Shown here in pieces: positions 14,375 through 27,024 of a DNA stretch of 64,000 nt (its first letter is position 1; every line of letters starts with the position of its first letter). This DNA is from Nymphaea colorata (taxonomy: Eukaryota). The position numbers were made by a program, and so were the translations under genes. The stretch spans positions 4,588,001-4,652,000 of the forward strand of contig NC_045138.2 in assembly GCF_008831285.2 (NCBI RefSeq). Direction: 5' to 3'. Under the pieces are notes generated by a model. It was not told the DNA's origin, ran no database searches, and saw only the letters and a list, made by a program, of their open reading frames with translations.

Positions 14375-16092
14375 CGCATATGCCTCCTTAACCTTAAAAC
14401 ATGGGGATGGTATGTGGCAGCTTGACTTTCAGGTGAAGTTGAAAGTGATCCTGATCTGGTTTAGTGCTTTTGTCCATGTCTAGTGCGCTAGATTCGATCC
14501 ATTTACAACCATAGTTTCAGGTGCTTTAGTTGGTGGAATCCTTTTATTTATCATATGTTCTCATTCATGGGATACCAAATTCAAACTTTCTTTCACGTAG
14601 CACCATCAATGTACTTTAAATTAATCTCTTTTTTGGATATTTTCTTTACCAAAGAGTTAGTTTTGATGGGTGAAGCATAGTTAGTTGAAACAAAGGACTG
14701 ATGGAAATCTAGTTGTCAATTCAATCCCATGGAGACTTCTCATCTGAATTACAAATGGTAAATATAGATATTTTAGTTGATATTTCACTCCAAGTTCAAT
14801 GCTGTCCTGTGCCAAAATGTTAAAATTTACGATTTTGTTGCGGTAGATTGCAAAAACTGGATGAAGTTGTGTGGTCCTTAATGGTTCCATCTGTTCTTGT
14901 GGTGACCAACCAAGGAAATTGTGTGACTGAATAAGGGAGCTGGAGAAGAATGTGCATGTCAATATTTGATAGTTAATAGAAGGATAGGACAGACTTTCCA
15001 CACTATTTAGCATGGCCTTTTGGAAACTTTATCCAGGAGGAGAAAAAGGACTTTCCCGTCGAGATCCCTAGCCCTCCTGCTTCTCTCTCTCTTATCCCAC
15101 AAGAAGAGATGGAATTGGAGGCTCATTTTCATTTACTGCTCTGGATTTCTGTAAGGAAAAAAGGTTAAAATAATAAAAAGAAGCTAAAAGAAAATTATAT
15201 ATATGTATATATATATACCCATCATTGATCTGATTTCTCATTGAAAGGAAGAAATGAAACTCGCTGAAGAGGAGCTGAGAATCACACAGATGAATGCACA
15301 GGGGATCGATAACATGCATAAGAAAGAAAAATCCCCTACTTTTATTTTCTGGGTATTCAAAAAATCCCCTACTTTTATTTTCTGGGTATTCCATTTTTAC
15401 GGTTCTTTTTCTTGCATCACGTTTATTTTACTATGTAAAAGGACAATTTTTAGCAGCAACAAGCACAATCTCAACTACAAAACTATTACAGAAACATGCT
15501 TCCGCCAAAAGAAAAACTGAATAGCAACACCCAAAAATTGCTGCACAACCAACAAAGAGGATCAGTCCCCAAAGGTTGGGGCCATGTGGCGATCAACCAA
15601 AACATGGATCAACGATTAAGACACTTCTAAGCACAATTACTGACCAATGAAAACCCTGAAGGAGGTACCCATCTATGATTATGGACATAAGAGGTGTTTC
15701 CCTCTCCAAAATCTGTACCTTGCGTGCGCATGTGCATACATCTCCCCAGTTAGCTCGTGGCTGAAGTTTAAAAGGAAACGAGCTGACCAATAGAACGTAC
15801 ATGATAAAGAGTAAAACAGACCTAAGCTATTTTAAAATTAACATATGCATGTTAGGGATTGGGGAGAAAGAATGTACCTTCAGTTTATGTTTAGGGAGAG
15901 ACCGTTGCCCGTCAAGCGGGCGGTGGCGGGAGTGAAGGTATGGGGCAGATTCTGTAGGAAGGGGGGCATTAGGAACAGAGGAGAGAAGAGATGGGGAGGG
16001 TCAAAGACACGTTTCTAAGAGGAAAGATGGGCAGATGGGATGGAGTATGTGGGCTAAATCAGGGAGGGAGAAAGTGTGGTGTGGAGGATCCG
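14375..16092. repeat. Left arm of the long inverted repeat
   Basis: ~14625-16092 reverse-complements 16785-18235. ~14375-14845 also reverse-complements 18990-19492. Confidence 0.93.
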
Positions 16093-16403
16093 AGGCTTAC
16101 TAGGGACTAGGAGCACAAGTTATTCTTCCAACAGGGAAGGAGAAGACAGGATGTGGAAGCATTTGTAGTGTTTGGTTGGGGCAATGGAGAGAACCCACTC
16201 GCATGGAGGAGGGAGCCCAATCAATTGGGAACAGTTGAAGAGAGGAAAAGGAAGAGAGAGAGAGAGAGAGCCCTCTCCCGGCTCCGTCCCCTTTTGGTCC
16301 GGTCATGTTTCTAGCAACGGCCAGCCAATGAGACCAGTGTACTCGATCGGCATTCCCTGATCAGACGTGGATGTTCTGGGAGCGGCGTCGTCAGGGTCAA
16401 GAT

Positions 16404-16781
16404 TAGGGGTGAACAACGACTCGAGCAGCTTGAGCTCGACTTGTAAGCGAGTTCGAGCTGCATCATTTGTTAAATGAGTCGGGCTCAAGTTCGCAACTTG
16501 ACTCGTTCAACTATTCGATTCGAGTTCGAGTTCACTGAACTCGAACAGTTAAATCGATCCTTAATCAAGCTCGAGCTCATCAAGTAAAGATGAGTACCAA
16601 ACGAGTTTATCGAGCTTAATCGAGTCGAGCTCGAGCTCGACACGTGACTATCGAGTCGAGTTCGAGCTAGTGTAGTCGAGCTATTTTCGAGCTCGAGCCG
16701 AGTCGAGCTTGAGGTCTTCTTTAGTCGAGCCGAGCTCGAGCTGACTGAACTTGAGCTCGACTCGGCTCGTGTTCACACTTA
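16404..16781. mobile_element. hAT-type MITE rich in (C)TCGAG/GAGCTC motifs
   Basis: TIRs TAGGGGTGAACA...TGTTCACACTTA (Ac/Ds-like TAGGG start) and a degenerate 8-bp TSD gtcaagat/gtccggat. Confidence 0.75.
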
Positions 16782-16784
16782 GTC

Positions 16785-17623
16785 CGGATCCTCCACACCC
16801 CACTTTCTCCCTCCCTGATTTAGCACACATACTCCATCCCATCTGCCCATCTTTCTCTCAGAAAACTGGGTTGGACCCTCCCCATCTCCTCTCCTCCGCT
16901 CCTAACACCTCCCTTCCTACGGATTCTGCCACATGCCTTCACTCCAGCCACCGCCCACTTGACGGGCAATGGTCCCTCCTTAAACATAAACTGAAGGTAC
17001 ATTCTTTCTCCCCAATCCCTAACATGCATATGTTCATTTTAAAATAGCTTAGGTCTGTTTTACTCTTTATCATGTACGTTCTATTGGTCAGCTTGTTTCC
17101 TTTTAAACTTCAGCAACGAGCTAACTGGGGAGACGTATGCACATGCGCACGCAAGGTACAAATTTTGGAGAGTGAAACACCTCTTATGTCCATAATCATA
17201 GATGGGTACCTCCTTTAGGGTTTTTATTGGTCAGTAATTGTGCTTAGAAGTGCCTTAATCGTTGATCCATGTTTTGGTTGATCGCCACATGGCCCCAACC
17301 TTTGGGGACTGATCCTCTTTGTTGGTTGTGCAGCAATTTTTGGGTGTTGCTATTCAGTTTTTCTTTTGGCGGAAGCATGTTGCTGTAATAGTTTTGTAGT
17401 TGAGATTGTGCTTGTTGCTGCTAAAAAATGTCCTTTTACATAGTAAAATAAACGTGATGCAAGCAAAAGAAACGTAAAAATGGAATACCCTGAAAATAAA
17501 AGAGGGGATTTTTCTTTCTTATCCATGTTATCGATCCCCTGTGCATTCATCTGTGTGATTCTCAGCTGCCCTTCGGCGAGTTTCATTTCTTCCTTTCAAT
17601 GAGAAATCAAGATCAATGATGGG

Positions 17624-17657
<34 letters not shown>

Positions 17658-18235
17658 TATATTATTTTTTTAGATTTTTTAATTATTTTAACCTTTTTTT
17701 CCTTACAGAAATCCGGAGCAATAAATGAAAATGAGCCTCCAATTCCATCTCTTCTTGTGGGATGAGAGAGAGAGAAACAGGGGGACTAGGGATCTCGACG
17801 GGGAAGCCCTTTTTCTCCTTCTCGATAAAGTTTCCACAAGGCCATGCTACATAGTGTGGAAAGTCAGCGCTATCCTTCTATTAACTATCAAATATTTCCA
17901 TGCACATTCTTCTCCAGCTCCCTTATTCAGCCACTCAATTTCCTTGGTTGGTCCCCACAAGAACAGATGGAACCATCAAGGACCACACAACTTCATCCAT
18001 CTTTTGCAATCTACCATAACAAATTCTTAAATTTTAACGTTTGGCACGGGGCACCATTGAACTTGGAATGAAATATCAACTAAAATATTTACAGTTAACG
18101 TTTGCAATTCAGATGAGTAGTCTCCATGGGATTGAATTGACAACTAGATTTTCATCGGTCCGCTTGTTCAACTATGGTTCACCCATCAAAACTAACTCTT
18201 TGGTAAAGAATTAATCCAAAAAAGAGATCCATTTT
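16785..18235. repeat. Right arm of the long inverted repeat
   Basis: cggatcctccacacc...gagatccattt is the reverse complement of ~14625-16092. Confidence 0.93.
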
Positions 18236-18314
18236 TGATACATAATTATTGATGCATTTTAAATAAATTAGTAACTAGCTTGGCCATAATTAGTGATGCA
18301 TAATTATTTCTGCA

Positions 18315-18353
<39 letters not shown>

Positions 18354-18487
18354 GAGAGTACCTGCAAGCCGGAAAGAAGAACTGCATCAAGACCTCTCAC
18401 GCAGCACATGCAGCACAGGAGCAAGGGGGAAGACTAATTCAGTTCAGAAAAGGTTGCAGTTTGAACTGAACAAGCCGTTTTCTTGTC

Positions 18488-18580
18488 ACCCACAATCAAG
18501 ATGCCTGCACCAAGCTTGTCCACCGTTTCACAAATAACGTCCCTTGCATCTCCACTCGCCACTGTACACGCGATTTTGAC
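18488..18580 (-). pseudogene. Truncated universal stress protein (UspA-like) exon
   Basis: ag|VKIACTVASGDARDVICETVDKLGAGILIVG matches the plant USP motif GD(A/P)RDxICExVxKLxADxLxVG. Confidence 0.75.
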
Positions 18581-20010
18581 CTGACCATTTTTGTCAATCA
18601 AAGCAGAAATTCAACCACTATTTTCACCATGAGCAGCCTATTAATTTACTTTCTTATAGCATCTGGACCTATGTGATATTGTTGATTGCGTGATTGAAAA
18701 AACCTAATGAAGCTAAAATTGAAGCTATTGACTGGTAGAACACATAAGAGTAGGAATAGAATGTTTATAGTACAGGTGTGAGACTAGCGCTTCATGATCC
18801 ACGCAAACAAGTTGCAAGGAACACTGTAGATCACAATCACAATGGACCCTTGGAAGTAGACTGGCGTTGGAGGTGGTTGTATGGCATGTAGCTGCCGGAT
18901 GGATAAAGTTTTAAATAAATCGTTATTAAAGTCACTATAAACAGTCACTGTATCATAAATCATGGGCAATACATATCAGATAACTATTTTTTAACAACAA
19001 ATTCTTAAATTTTAACATTTGGCTCACGGCAGCGTTGAACTTGGAGTGAAATATCAACTAAAATATCTACATTTACTGTTTGCAATTCAGATGAGTAGTC
19101 TCCATGGGATTTAATTGACAACTAGATTTTCATCGGTCCTTTGGTTCAACTAACTATGCTTCACCCATCAAAACAAACTCTTTGGTAAAGAAAAAATCCA
19201 AAAAAGAGATCCATTTAAAGTACATTGATGGTGCTACGTGAAAGAAAGTTTGAAAATTTGGTATCCCATGAATGAGAACATATGAAACATAAAAGGATTC
19301 CACCTACTAAAGCACCTGAAACTATGGTTGTAAATGGACCTGACTCAGTCCGATTCAAAAAAATCCCAGAATCAAATCTAGTGCACTAGACATGGACAAA
19401 AGCACTAAACCAGATCAGGATCACTTTCAACTTCACCTGAAAGTCAAGCTGCCACATACCATCCCCATGTTTTAAGGTTAAGGAGGTATATGAAAACTGA
19501 GGTGTTATTTAATGACTAAATCTTGCTTTGGTTCAGTGAGGCTCTCATAATTTTGTAAGGATAGACTTGAAGTTACTTTATTATCTATTGAAAAGCGTTA
19601 TTTGCACTTGATCCAAAATCCTCAAAATTTAATAACCGTGGACCAAAAATCAGACTTTCCTATCTTAAATCTGACATTTTCTCAATGCAAAAAAAAAAGG
19701 TGAAGTAAGGATTTTAGGGTCCAATGTAAGATCCTTAGTTTCATGAATTATCAGTTTTACCATAGATGTTTTGGCACATCAGTCAAAAACATGTCATATC
19801 AGATTTATATCAAAGAGTTCAAATTTGAAGGAATCAAGTGACTTCTGAGGATTCACCCAATGCAATTGATTTATACATGAACGGTTAGGTGTCAAACACA
19901 TAAATCTGTTGTCAATTATGAAATGTATTTTCTTCATATTCATCTTCTACTGACATCTTACTGCAATTTATTTTTATGTCATATGTAGGTTAGTCGATTT
20001 GGTGGATCTA

Positions 20011-20044
<34 letters not shown>

Positions 20045-20154
20045 AAAAACTTTGTATTGGTGGATTTAGTTTTTTATATATATTTTTTGGAAAACTTTAT
20101 ATGGGTGTGGTTATCAAGATCGCTAGTTGTTGCTTGAAAGCAACCTTTTTCGAA

Positions 20155-20192
<38 letters not shown>

Positions 20193-21399
20193 ATTACATT
20201 TTGAATAAAAGAGACATTTACATGTGAAAAATATGGTCCATCTTTTTGTTCTTATCGGTCATGTCACATAGTCTCATGTCTTGCTCTAACGTGGGTCATG
20301 CACTTTAACCACTTTTCGTGGTAAGTAGTGCAACCGGTTAGGTTGGATGTCATATTGTAGCTATGTTGGTAGTTCAAATCTTGGAAGGTGCTATGCACCC
20401 TTATAGATGTTCTTGTTTATCTCGCTTTGTTTTTAGAATACAAAAAATAAACAGCCAGGCGTCTAAAACAAGGTCACCATCACTATCATTTTACTTATCA
20501 TTCTCAATAATAACACTGAGCGCTAGAAGTTTTCCATTAATCAAATGTTAATCAAATGATAAAACATGGAAATACGGCTGGTAAGACAGAGAGAAAATAA
20601 AGACAGCCCCTGCTTGGTACCTGGCTTTTACCTAGGAGACAAACCATATTATACTAAAAAACTAAGCAAAAAAAGAAAAAAGAAAAAAAAAACAAAACTC
20701 GTTCAAGAACTTGTTCCAAGCTGCCGGCAATGCCGGCCATGCCCCTTCTACCGAGCCAAGCTTCTTTACAATTTTGTTTTCAAGAATATGTTATGTTTTG
20801 GCAACAAAAACAGTTTGTGACAATTTGTTCTAAAGTGAGTGTATGTTTGTAAAACATTGTAATACAATATCTTACGAGTCCGCTTCATTCTTTAAATCAA
20901 ATTTATGAAACCATCGGGAGTAAAAAAATGAGTGCTTAGGCCTCCCACACTTTGTTAGCATATTTGATTTGGTTTACCAACACTGGAACAAGTTGTTTTA
21001 ATTTGCAACGTAAGACTTGCAAAAATAAATCAGAGAAGTGCTTATGGACAGGGGCAAAGCAAAGGGCCCCCCTTAAGATTTTTGAAAAATTGGATGTTAT
21101 ATGTTGGAAAGAATTTAAATGACACTTCAAAGCCAGGTTCTTTGGAGTATTTACACGCTCAAAACCTAGTTTTGTAAAATAGAGTAGAAAAGCCGATCCC
21201 CATTAGGTTAAAATTCATATAAAACTAGATTTCTGGTGTACCACCCAACAAAAATACAAATTTGAAAACTCATTAGAAAACTTAGGTTTTCATAAAACCT
21301 TTCCAAAACTTATTGGGAACCTGGTGTCATCCGAATGACCCTTTAAAATTAAAAAAATTATATTTTGTGCCTTATAAAAAAAGTCCCGAAGGATGTCAA

Positions 21400-21650
21400 C
21401 GGATTGGATTTAAATCCGATATATCCTTAATCATATGTGTTATTTTCGGATTCAAATTCAGATTTGGATACGAATAAAGAAAAATCATATCTGAATCCCA
21501 ATTTTGAACTGGATTTTATCAATTTTCAAAATATAAAAGCATTAGATACAAGATATTTGTCTAAAAATGAATCTGATCCGAATCCATATCCATATCTGAT
21601 CGGATATTTATATATATCCGAATCTGAACCAGATCGGATGCCACCGGCCT
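21400..21650. repeat. TCGGAT/ATCCGA-motif-rich MITE-like remnant (paralog at ~45410-45715)
   Basis: Dense cggattc/atccga/ggatac motifs. It is present in both module copies, so it predates their duplication. Termini not resolved. Confidence 0.45.
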
Positions 21651-23683
21651 CTCGATCTCGTCGTATTCACCCCTGCCTGCCGTTTCTGGTGAGAAAGACC
21701 ATGAAAAAAATGACTTGCAAACTTTTCTAAACTGAAAAAAAACTTAAATATAACTTTAACGTTATTTTAGTTTTAAATATAATCTATGTTTAAGCATTGC
21801 AGAAAAATTAGGACCTGCACAATGATAAGGAAATTGGAAAACATGAATATTTTTTTTTCATTATTTAAAGCTATCAATCTCTAACAAATATTTTTTTCCA
21901 AATTTTAAAGAATGTTGAAAAATTAAGTATAAGAAAGGAACCATGAATTTCTGGTTAAGTACCATCCAAAATATTTAATTTGGGTATTTTATATCAAATA
22001 AAAAATTAAGTTAAGTACAATATTTTTTTTTTAAGAAACAAACATATAGCACTATTGAATCGGGTCATGCAATCAAATATTTTTACTTCAAATAATAAGT
22101 TCAAGTGTTAAGGGAATTATTATAAATCAATTTAAATTATCTCTTTTTTTTTCCTTTTATATGCAAACAAGCTTTTATAATAATATGTTTCCCTTTCTTC
22201 TCCTTTTCTTTTCTTTCCCCACCAATTTTCTTTCAATTTATTTTCCTTTCTTGTCCCTTCCAAACATTAATCATTTCCTTAAGTTCTCCTCCATCCAAAC
22301 ATGGCAAAAAAGCGAAGGCCGAAAAACCCATATCTATTCGGACTAGCTATCTTAGGCTTTGCTTGGACCTTCCCTTCTATACTTATATTTATGGTCATAG
22401 TTATAGGCAAATGATTTAGTCATTAAATCTTGGAAGCAACAAAATCATTTCGATCCAGTCTTTGATGCTACTATCACAAGCATTGCGAACATGGTTATAT
22501 GTGGCAGACTGGTATACTAATTTTCATGCACTGTTATTTTGGTACACCATAAGGTTTATGAATAGAATACCCTAAGATCTCTCAGCAACGATCTACCTAC
22601 AGCTAAGGGTGAAAAAGAGCTTTATGCCCTTTGTTCTATAGTTTTTGCCAATAAAAAAAAAAGAGATGAGCATTAAAGTCATTCCTTTCAGCCAAATGGA
22701 ATAGAAACGACGGTGCTACAAGAATCACATCACTTGCTACCACGAGGAGTAAAATTGTGTCGCAGAAAACAAACATATCATGCAGCAAGTCGTCACCTTC
22801 TTTTATAATTTGGTCATGAAAAACGCATGGCCTTCCATAACACAGCGGAAAGTTCCGTTAAAATGTTACCTTTGTGTGTGCATACTTTGTGGTGTGCAAT
22901 CGAAGCGCCCTAGTTGGACGACTTGCTTTTTAATTAAACTAATAGAATATCTAATTCAAGAATCTTTTTAAAATTTTATAGATTTCAGCACTCAAGCATA
23001 TCCATTATGTCACAGGTTTCATAATATATTTATATGTATCTTGGAAAGTTTCTCTTGAAAATGAGAATAATTATTAAAAGGGGAATAAACCTGAAAATAT
23101 GTAATCCATAATATTTGGTCTATCATAAATAAAATTATTCTCTTATCACTGTCTTTTTGACTGGTGGATTTCATAACTGTCTTCTTTTGGCTTTTTTCTG
23201 TTTGAATAACCTTTTGTTTCTTTTTTTGTTTTGTTTTGTACGAGTACCCTTTGTCTACCGTAAAAAAAATGATGTTCTGGACACTTTGTCATTTTTGCTG
23301 TGGTATTATGGATTAAATTCATGTCACTACTGCCTTTTTTCCTTTAGTTTATAGGAATACTCTTGGTCTATTGTAATGAAAATGATTCTCTGGTCACCAT
23401 TTTTTTTTTACTGATTGATGGTTTGTATTAAATTCATCAAACAACTGTGCTTTTTGCTTTACTTTATATGAATGCCTGAAGAGGCTGAAGCCTCTTCCTT
23501 TTTTCCTTTTACCCAGTTCTCGGTGGAGAGCAGTGACATGTCAACTAAACCCATCCATCTTTTGCAGTCCCTAACAGTAGCACTCATAATAAATGAACTA
23601 ACAGTGAACTTTCGTTGACCCATCAGTCCTACCAACTACACTACACCGCTTGGGGCTTTCTCTATATGTGGGAACAAAATGAA

Positions 23684-24118
23684 TTGCAAATGGTCAAGTT
23701 TGTATAGGATTACTAGAAACGACATCAAATCGAATTTAGCTACTCTAACTTGTGGACATCAAGGGCTTTTACTGATTCTTAACGAGTACCAACAGCAACG
23801 CTGGATGTTTGCTTTACAAAAGGTTTCTCGTCAGCAGCCAAGGGATAACAGGTCCCCTCCAACAATTAAAATGTTACATACATTTATGCCCCTCGATTTA
23901 TTGCAAATGGTCAAGTTTGTATAGGATTACTAGAAACGGACATCAAATCGAATTTAGCTACTCTAACTTTTGGACATCAAGGGCTTTTACTGATTCTTAA
24001 CGAGTACCAACAGCAACGCTGGATGTTTGCTTTACAAAAGATTTCTCGTCAGCAGCCAAGGGAGAACAGGTCCCCTCCAACAATTAAAATGTTACATACA
24101 TTTATGCCCCTCGATTTA
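23684..24118. repeat. Tandem duplication, ~217-bp unit x2
   Basis: ttgcaaatggtcaagtttgtatagg...gcccctcgattta starts at 23684 and 23901; the copies are nearly identical. Confidence 0.95.
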
Positions 24119-24288
24119 AATTTCTGGGTCTGCCATGGTGTCAACCCATCACATGTAGCTCAAGGGATTTGGGTCACTTGGCTGCACCAGCGGCTGGAAG
24201 GTGGTCAGTCATATGGGTAGGTATGCACTTGACTCTAAATTTCTAGCTCCGCTGCTGGAATATGTTAGTGGAAGGAAGAAGTAGATAC

Positions 24289-24407
24289 CTATTAGTGGCA
24301 GTAAGTGGATGGCCACATACGATCAAGATGTCAGCACCAAGCTTGTCCACCATTTCACAAATCAAGTCCCTTGCTTCTCCACTCGCCACTATGCTCTCGA
24401 TTTTGAC
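24289..24407 (-). pseudogene. Full-length orphan USP exon (119 nt)
   Basis: VKIESIVASGEARDLICEMVDKLGADILIVCGHPLTATNR followed by the donor AG|GTATCT at the position of the GSHGYGxxKR| intron. The acceptor reads AA instead of AG. No downstream LGSVS exon was found. Confidence 0.8.
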
Positions 24408-24719
24408 TTGACCGTTTTGGTCAATCAAAGCAGAAATTCAACCACTATTTTCACCATGAACAGCCCATTATTGATTGTGTGATTGAAAACCTAAAGACGC
24501 CAAAATTGAAGCCATTGACTGGTGGCGCACGCAAGGTGCTGTATGTTTGGTTGAGCATCACCCATTTGCTTCCACTTGCTATTCTTCGCCAAAGCCAAAG
24601 TTGGCAGTCAAAGTCCCCCCACTAGAGTGGGTGATGTGCAAGTTGCAACAACACCGCAAAATCTGCAAGGTTAATGGCATGAACAAGTTGTACTTCTAGT
24701 CAATGGTCAGATCACGAAA

Positions 24720-26515
24720 ACTTGGATGGGTTAAATAAAATTTCAGATTTTGAAAAAAAAATATTCATGCATCCAAACTTTTTACATAATACAATGAGGA
24801 ATCTGACGATTTTGAAAGTGAGCAATTAACAAAAATATCTAGTTTTGTTGGGTTTCAAAAGAAATCCCTGGATCCAAAACTAAGGCTTCCATCAAGTCCA
24901 AAACCACAAAAGAAGTACAATTTTTTACAAAAACCCATTTGGGTATACACATTTCCAAAATTCCAATCATCTCCAAAAATCATGCCATTTTCAAAAATCA
25001 ATATATATCAAGCTATTTCCACAATCAAAACTCAAAAATCAATATTTCAAAATGCTTCATCTTAGACAAATTTGCAAAAATGATATTCCTGCCCAACAAG
25101 AAAATTTATCAAATCTCAAATCTTCCAAATTTTCAAATAAATAAATTCCTTTTAAATATGATCTAGTAAAAGATGAGTTGAAATCAGCCTATCAAATAAA
25201 TTTGAAATCCTATTTCCAAAACTAAATTTTTAAAACCAAACCTTATGTCCTCCTCCACATCAAGGATAGGCTTGGGCAACAGTCTTATATTTTTCACCTC
25301 CAAGATGGACCTATGTCTATATGGGATCAAATTAAATTATGCATGAAGAGAAATAGAGCGAAGGATGAATATACATGCAGTTTATTTCATACATACATGC
25401 ACCCACTCATATTCACTAAAATGTAAGTGAATCAAGTTGGTTGCTTCCATGATTAAGTTATATTGCGACAAAAAATTGAGCACCTCGCTTATTCTGACAT
25501 AGAAGCACAAAATTTTCAACATGGTTATATTCCCGAACTTTCAAAAACAATTTCAAAACGATTCCATTGGATTTTTCTCAAAATCAAAATGATTTTCAAA
25601 TCCAAAAATCTACTCGAGCAAATTTTCATAACCTTGAACAAAATTAAAAAAAAAAAAAATCAAAATTCCAATTTTTCCAATCAAGAAAATTCTCCTAAGA
25701 CTAGACTTGGACTCTCAATTTCCAATTTTCTAATCTCATTTCAAGACCAAAACCAACCAAATCAAATCAAATCTCTCAAAATACAAAAACTAGATTCAAA
25801 TATCAAAATCTTAAATCCAAAGATGTTTTGAAAAATTCTGAATTGTTCGAGTTCCAACCATTCCAAACCCAAAATTTCAATCTCAAAAATCCAATTCTCA
25901 AAAACGTCAGCTAGACTTCAACTATTCAATCCAATTTTTCCAAATTCAATTTTGGCTTCCAAACTGAATTCCGGTTCCAAGCCTTCCAAGAATTTCCAAG
26001 TCACATTTCAGATCCCAAGATCCAAACTATCTTTGGAATTCTAAACTCTAGCTCAAACTTTCAATTTTCAATTCCAAGATCCTAGTTTCAAGAACAAAGC
26101 TTCAATTACCCAATCCCCAATTCGATTCAAAATCCAATATTCTGATTCTCAATTTCCAATTCTCAATTGCAATTTTTGGGATCAACTCAAGGTTCAATTG
26201 CGAAAAATCCTTGATTAATTAAAAAATTCCTTCTCAAGGATGAACTCCCAATCTTCAAAATTTTGAAATACAGAAATATTTTCAATCAAATCCAAGTCTT
26301 TGCTTAAAATGATCTTTAAAAATCCAATTTCCAATCCTCACACAAGGTGAAAAAAAAAACTTGTCAAGCTTGAGAAAACTCAGATCTTGGATCGATTACC
26401 TGTATTAATGGTGGCAAGGGCAGTTCTCTTAAAATCTATTTTCAAGCAAAACTTGATTTTTTCTGCTTCACTTGCAAACTTCCCAGCTCACACCATGATA
26501 AGTGGGGTGAGAACA
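24720..26515 (+). mobile_element. Degenerate 3' part of an Ogre/Tat-like LTR
   Basis: Ends cttggatcgattacc...GGGGTGAGAACA, like the LTR end at 3178. The body is rich in caaa/ttcc. The start coordinate is approximate. Confidence 0.45.
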
Positions 26516-27024
26516 GTATGCACATAGCTATGTTCAACCAAAATTTTGTTGTTAAAGAAGGCCACATTTTTAAAGTCACCCAAGTTCGTTAGGATCGTCC
26601 CTTTATTGTGAGTCAAAGCCTGCCGAGTTAGCTGGGATTGTCAACTAAGTATGTTTTCTTTTTTATTGTGCATTGGTTAGTACTGAAGTTTGTATTTTGT
26701 AAATTGTGAAATATAGTATACTTTATTAAATATACACACATACTCATATTACATGTCATTCACTTTTATTTGATGTTAAAATCTAATATGAAGTCTCAAC
26801 AGACTTACCTCTTTCATTTATTAATTATTGAAAACGTGCACAATAAATATTTATTATATAACCAGCTGAGTTGCCGAGTCCACTCTCGAACCCCATTACC
26901 CAGTCTTCAACCGATCTGAGTCACAAGTTTACCAACTATGTTCTCTCCTTTTAGTACCTACTGAAGGTAAGAGGGAAAATTTTGGTTCTTTGCTCAGAAA
27001 AGGAGCAATGAAAAGTTTGTTATT

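Larger units (their letters stand above)
9895..14465. repeat. Mosaic module copy 1 (inverted relative to copies 2 and 3)
   Basis: 9895-11620 reverse-complements 19630-21312. 11700-14465 reverse-complements ~42168-45012. 9895-10118 reverse-complements 45108-45332. Confidence 0.9.
18385..23640. repeat. Mosaic module copy 2 (direct paralog of ~41550-47690)
   Basis: Collinear with copy 3 over 18385-19015, 19398-19590, 21090-21312 and 21320-23640. Confidence 0.9.

Noticed and set aside
26523..26940. Possible hAT MITE with CATAG...CTATG ends
   Set aside because: The TIR match is too short and there is no TSD.
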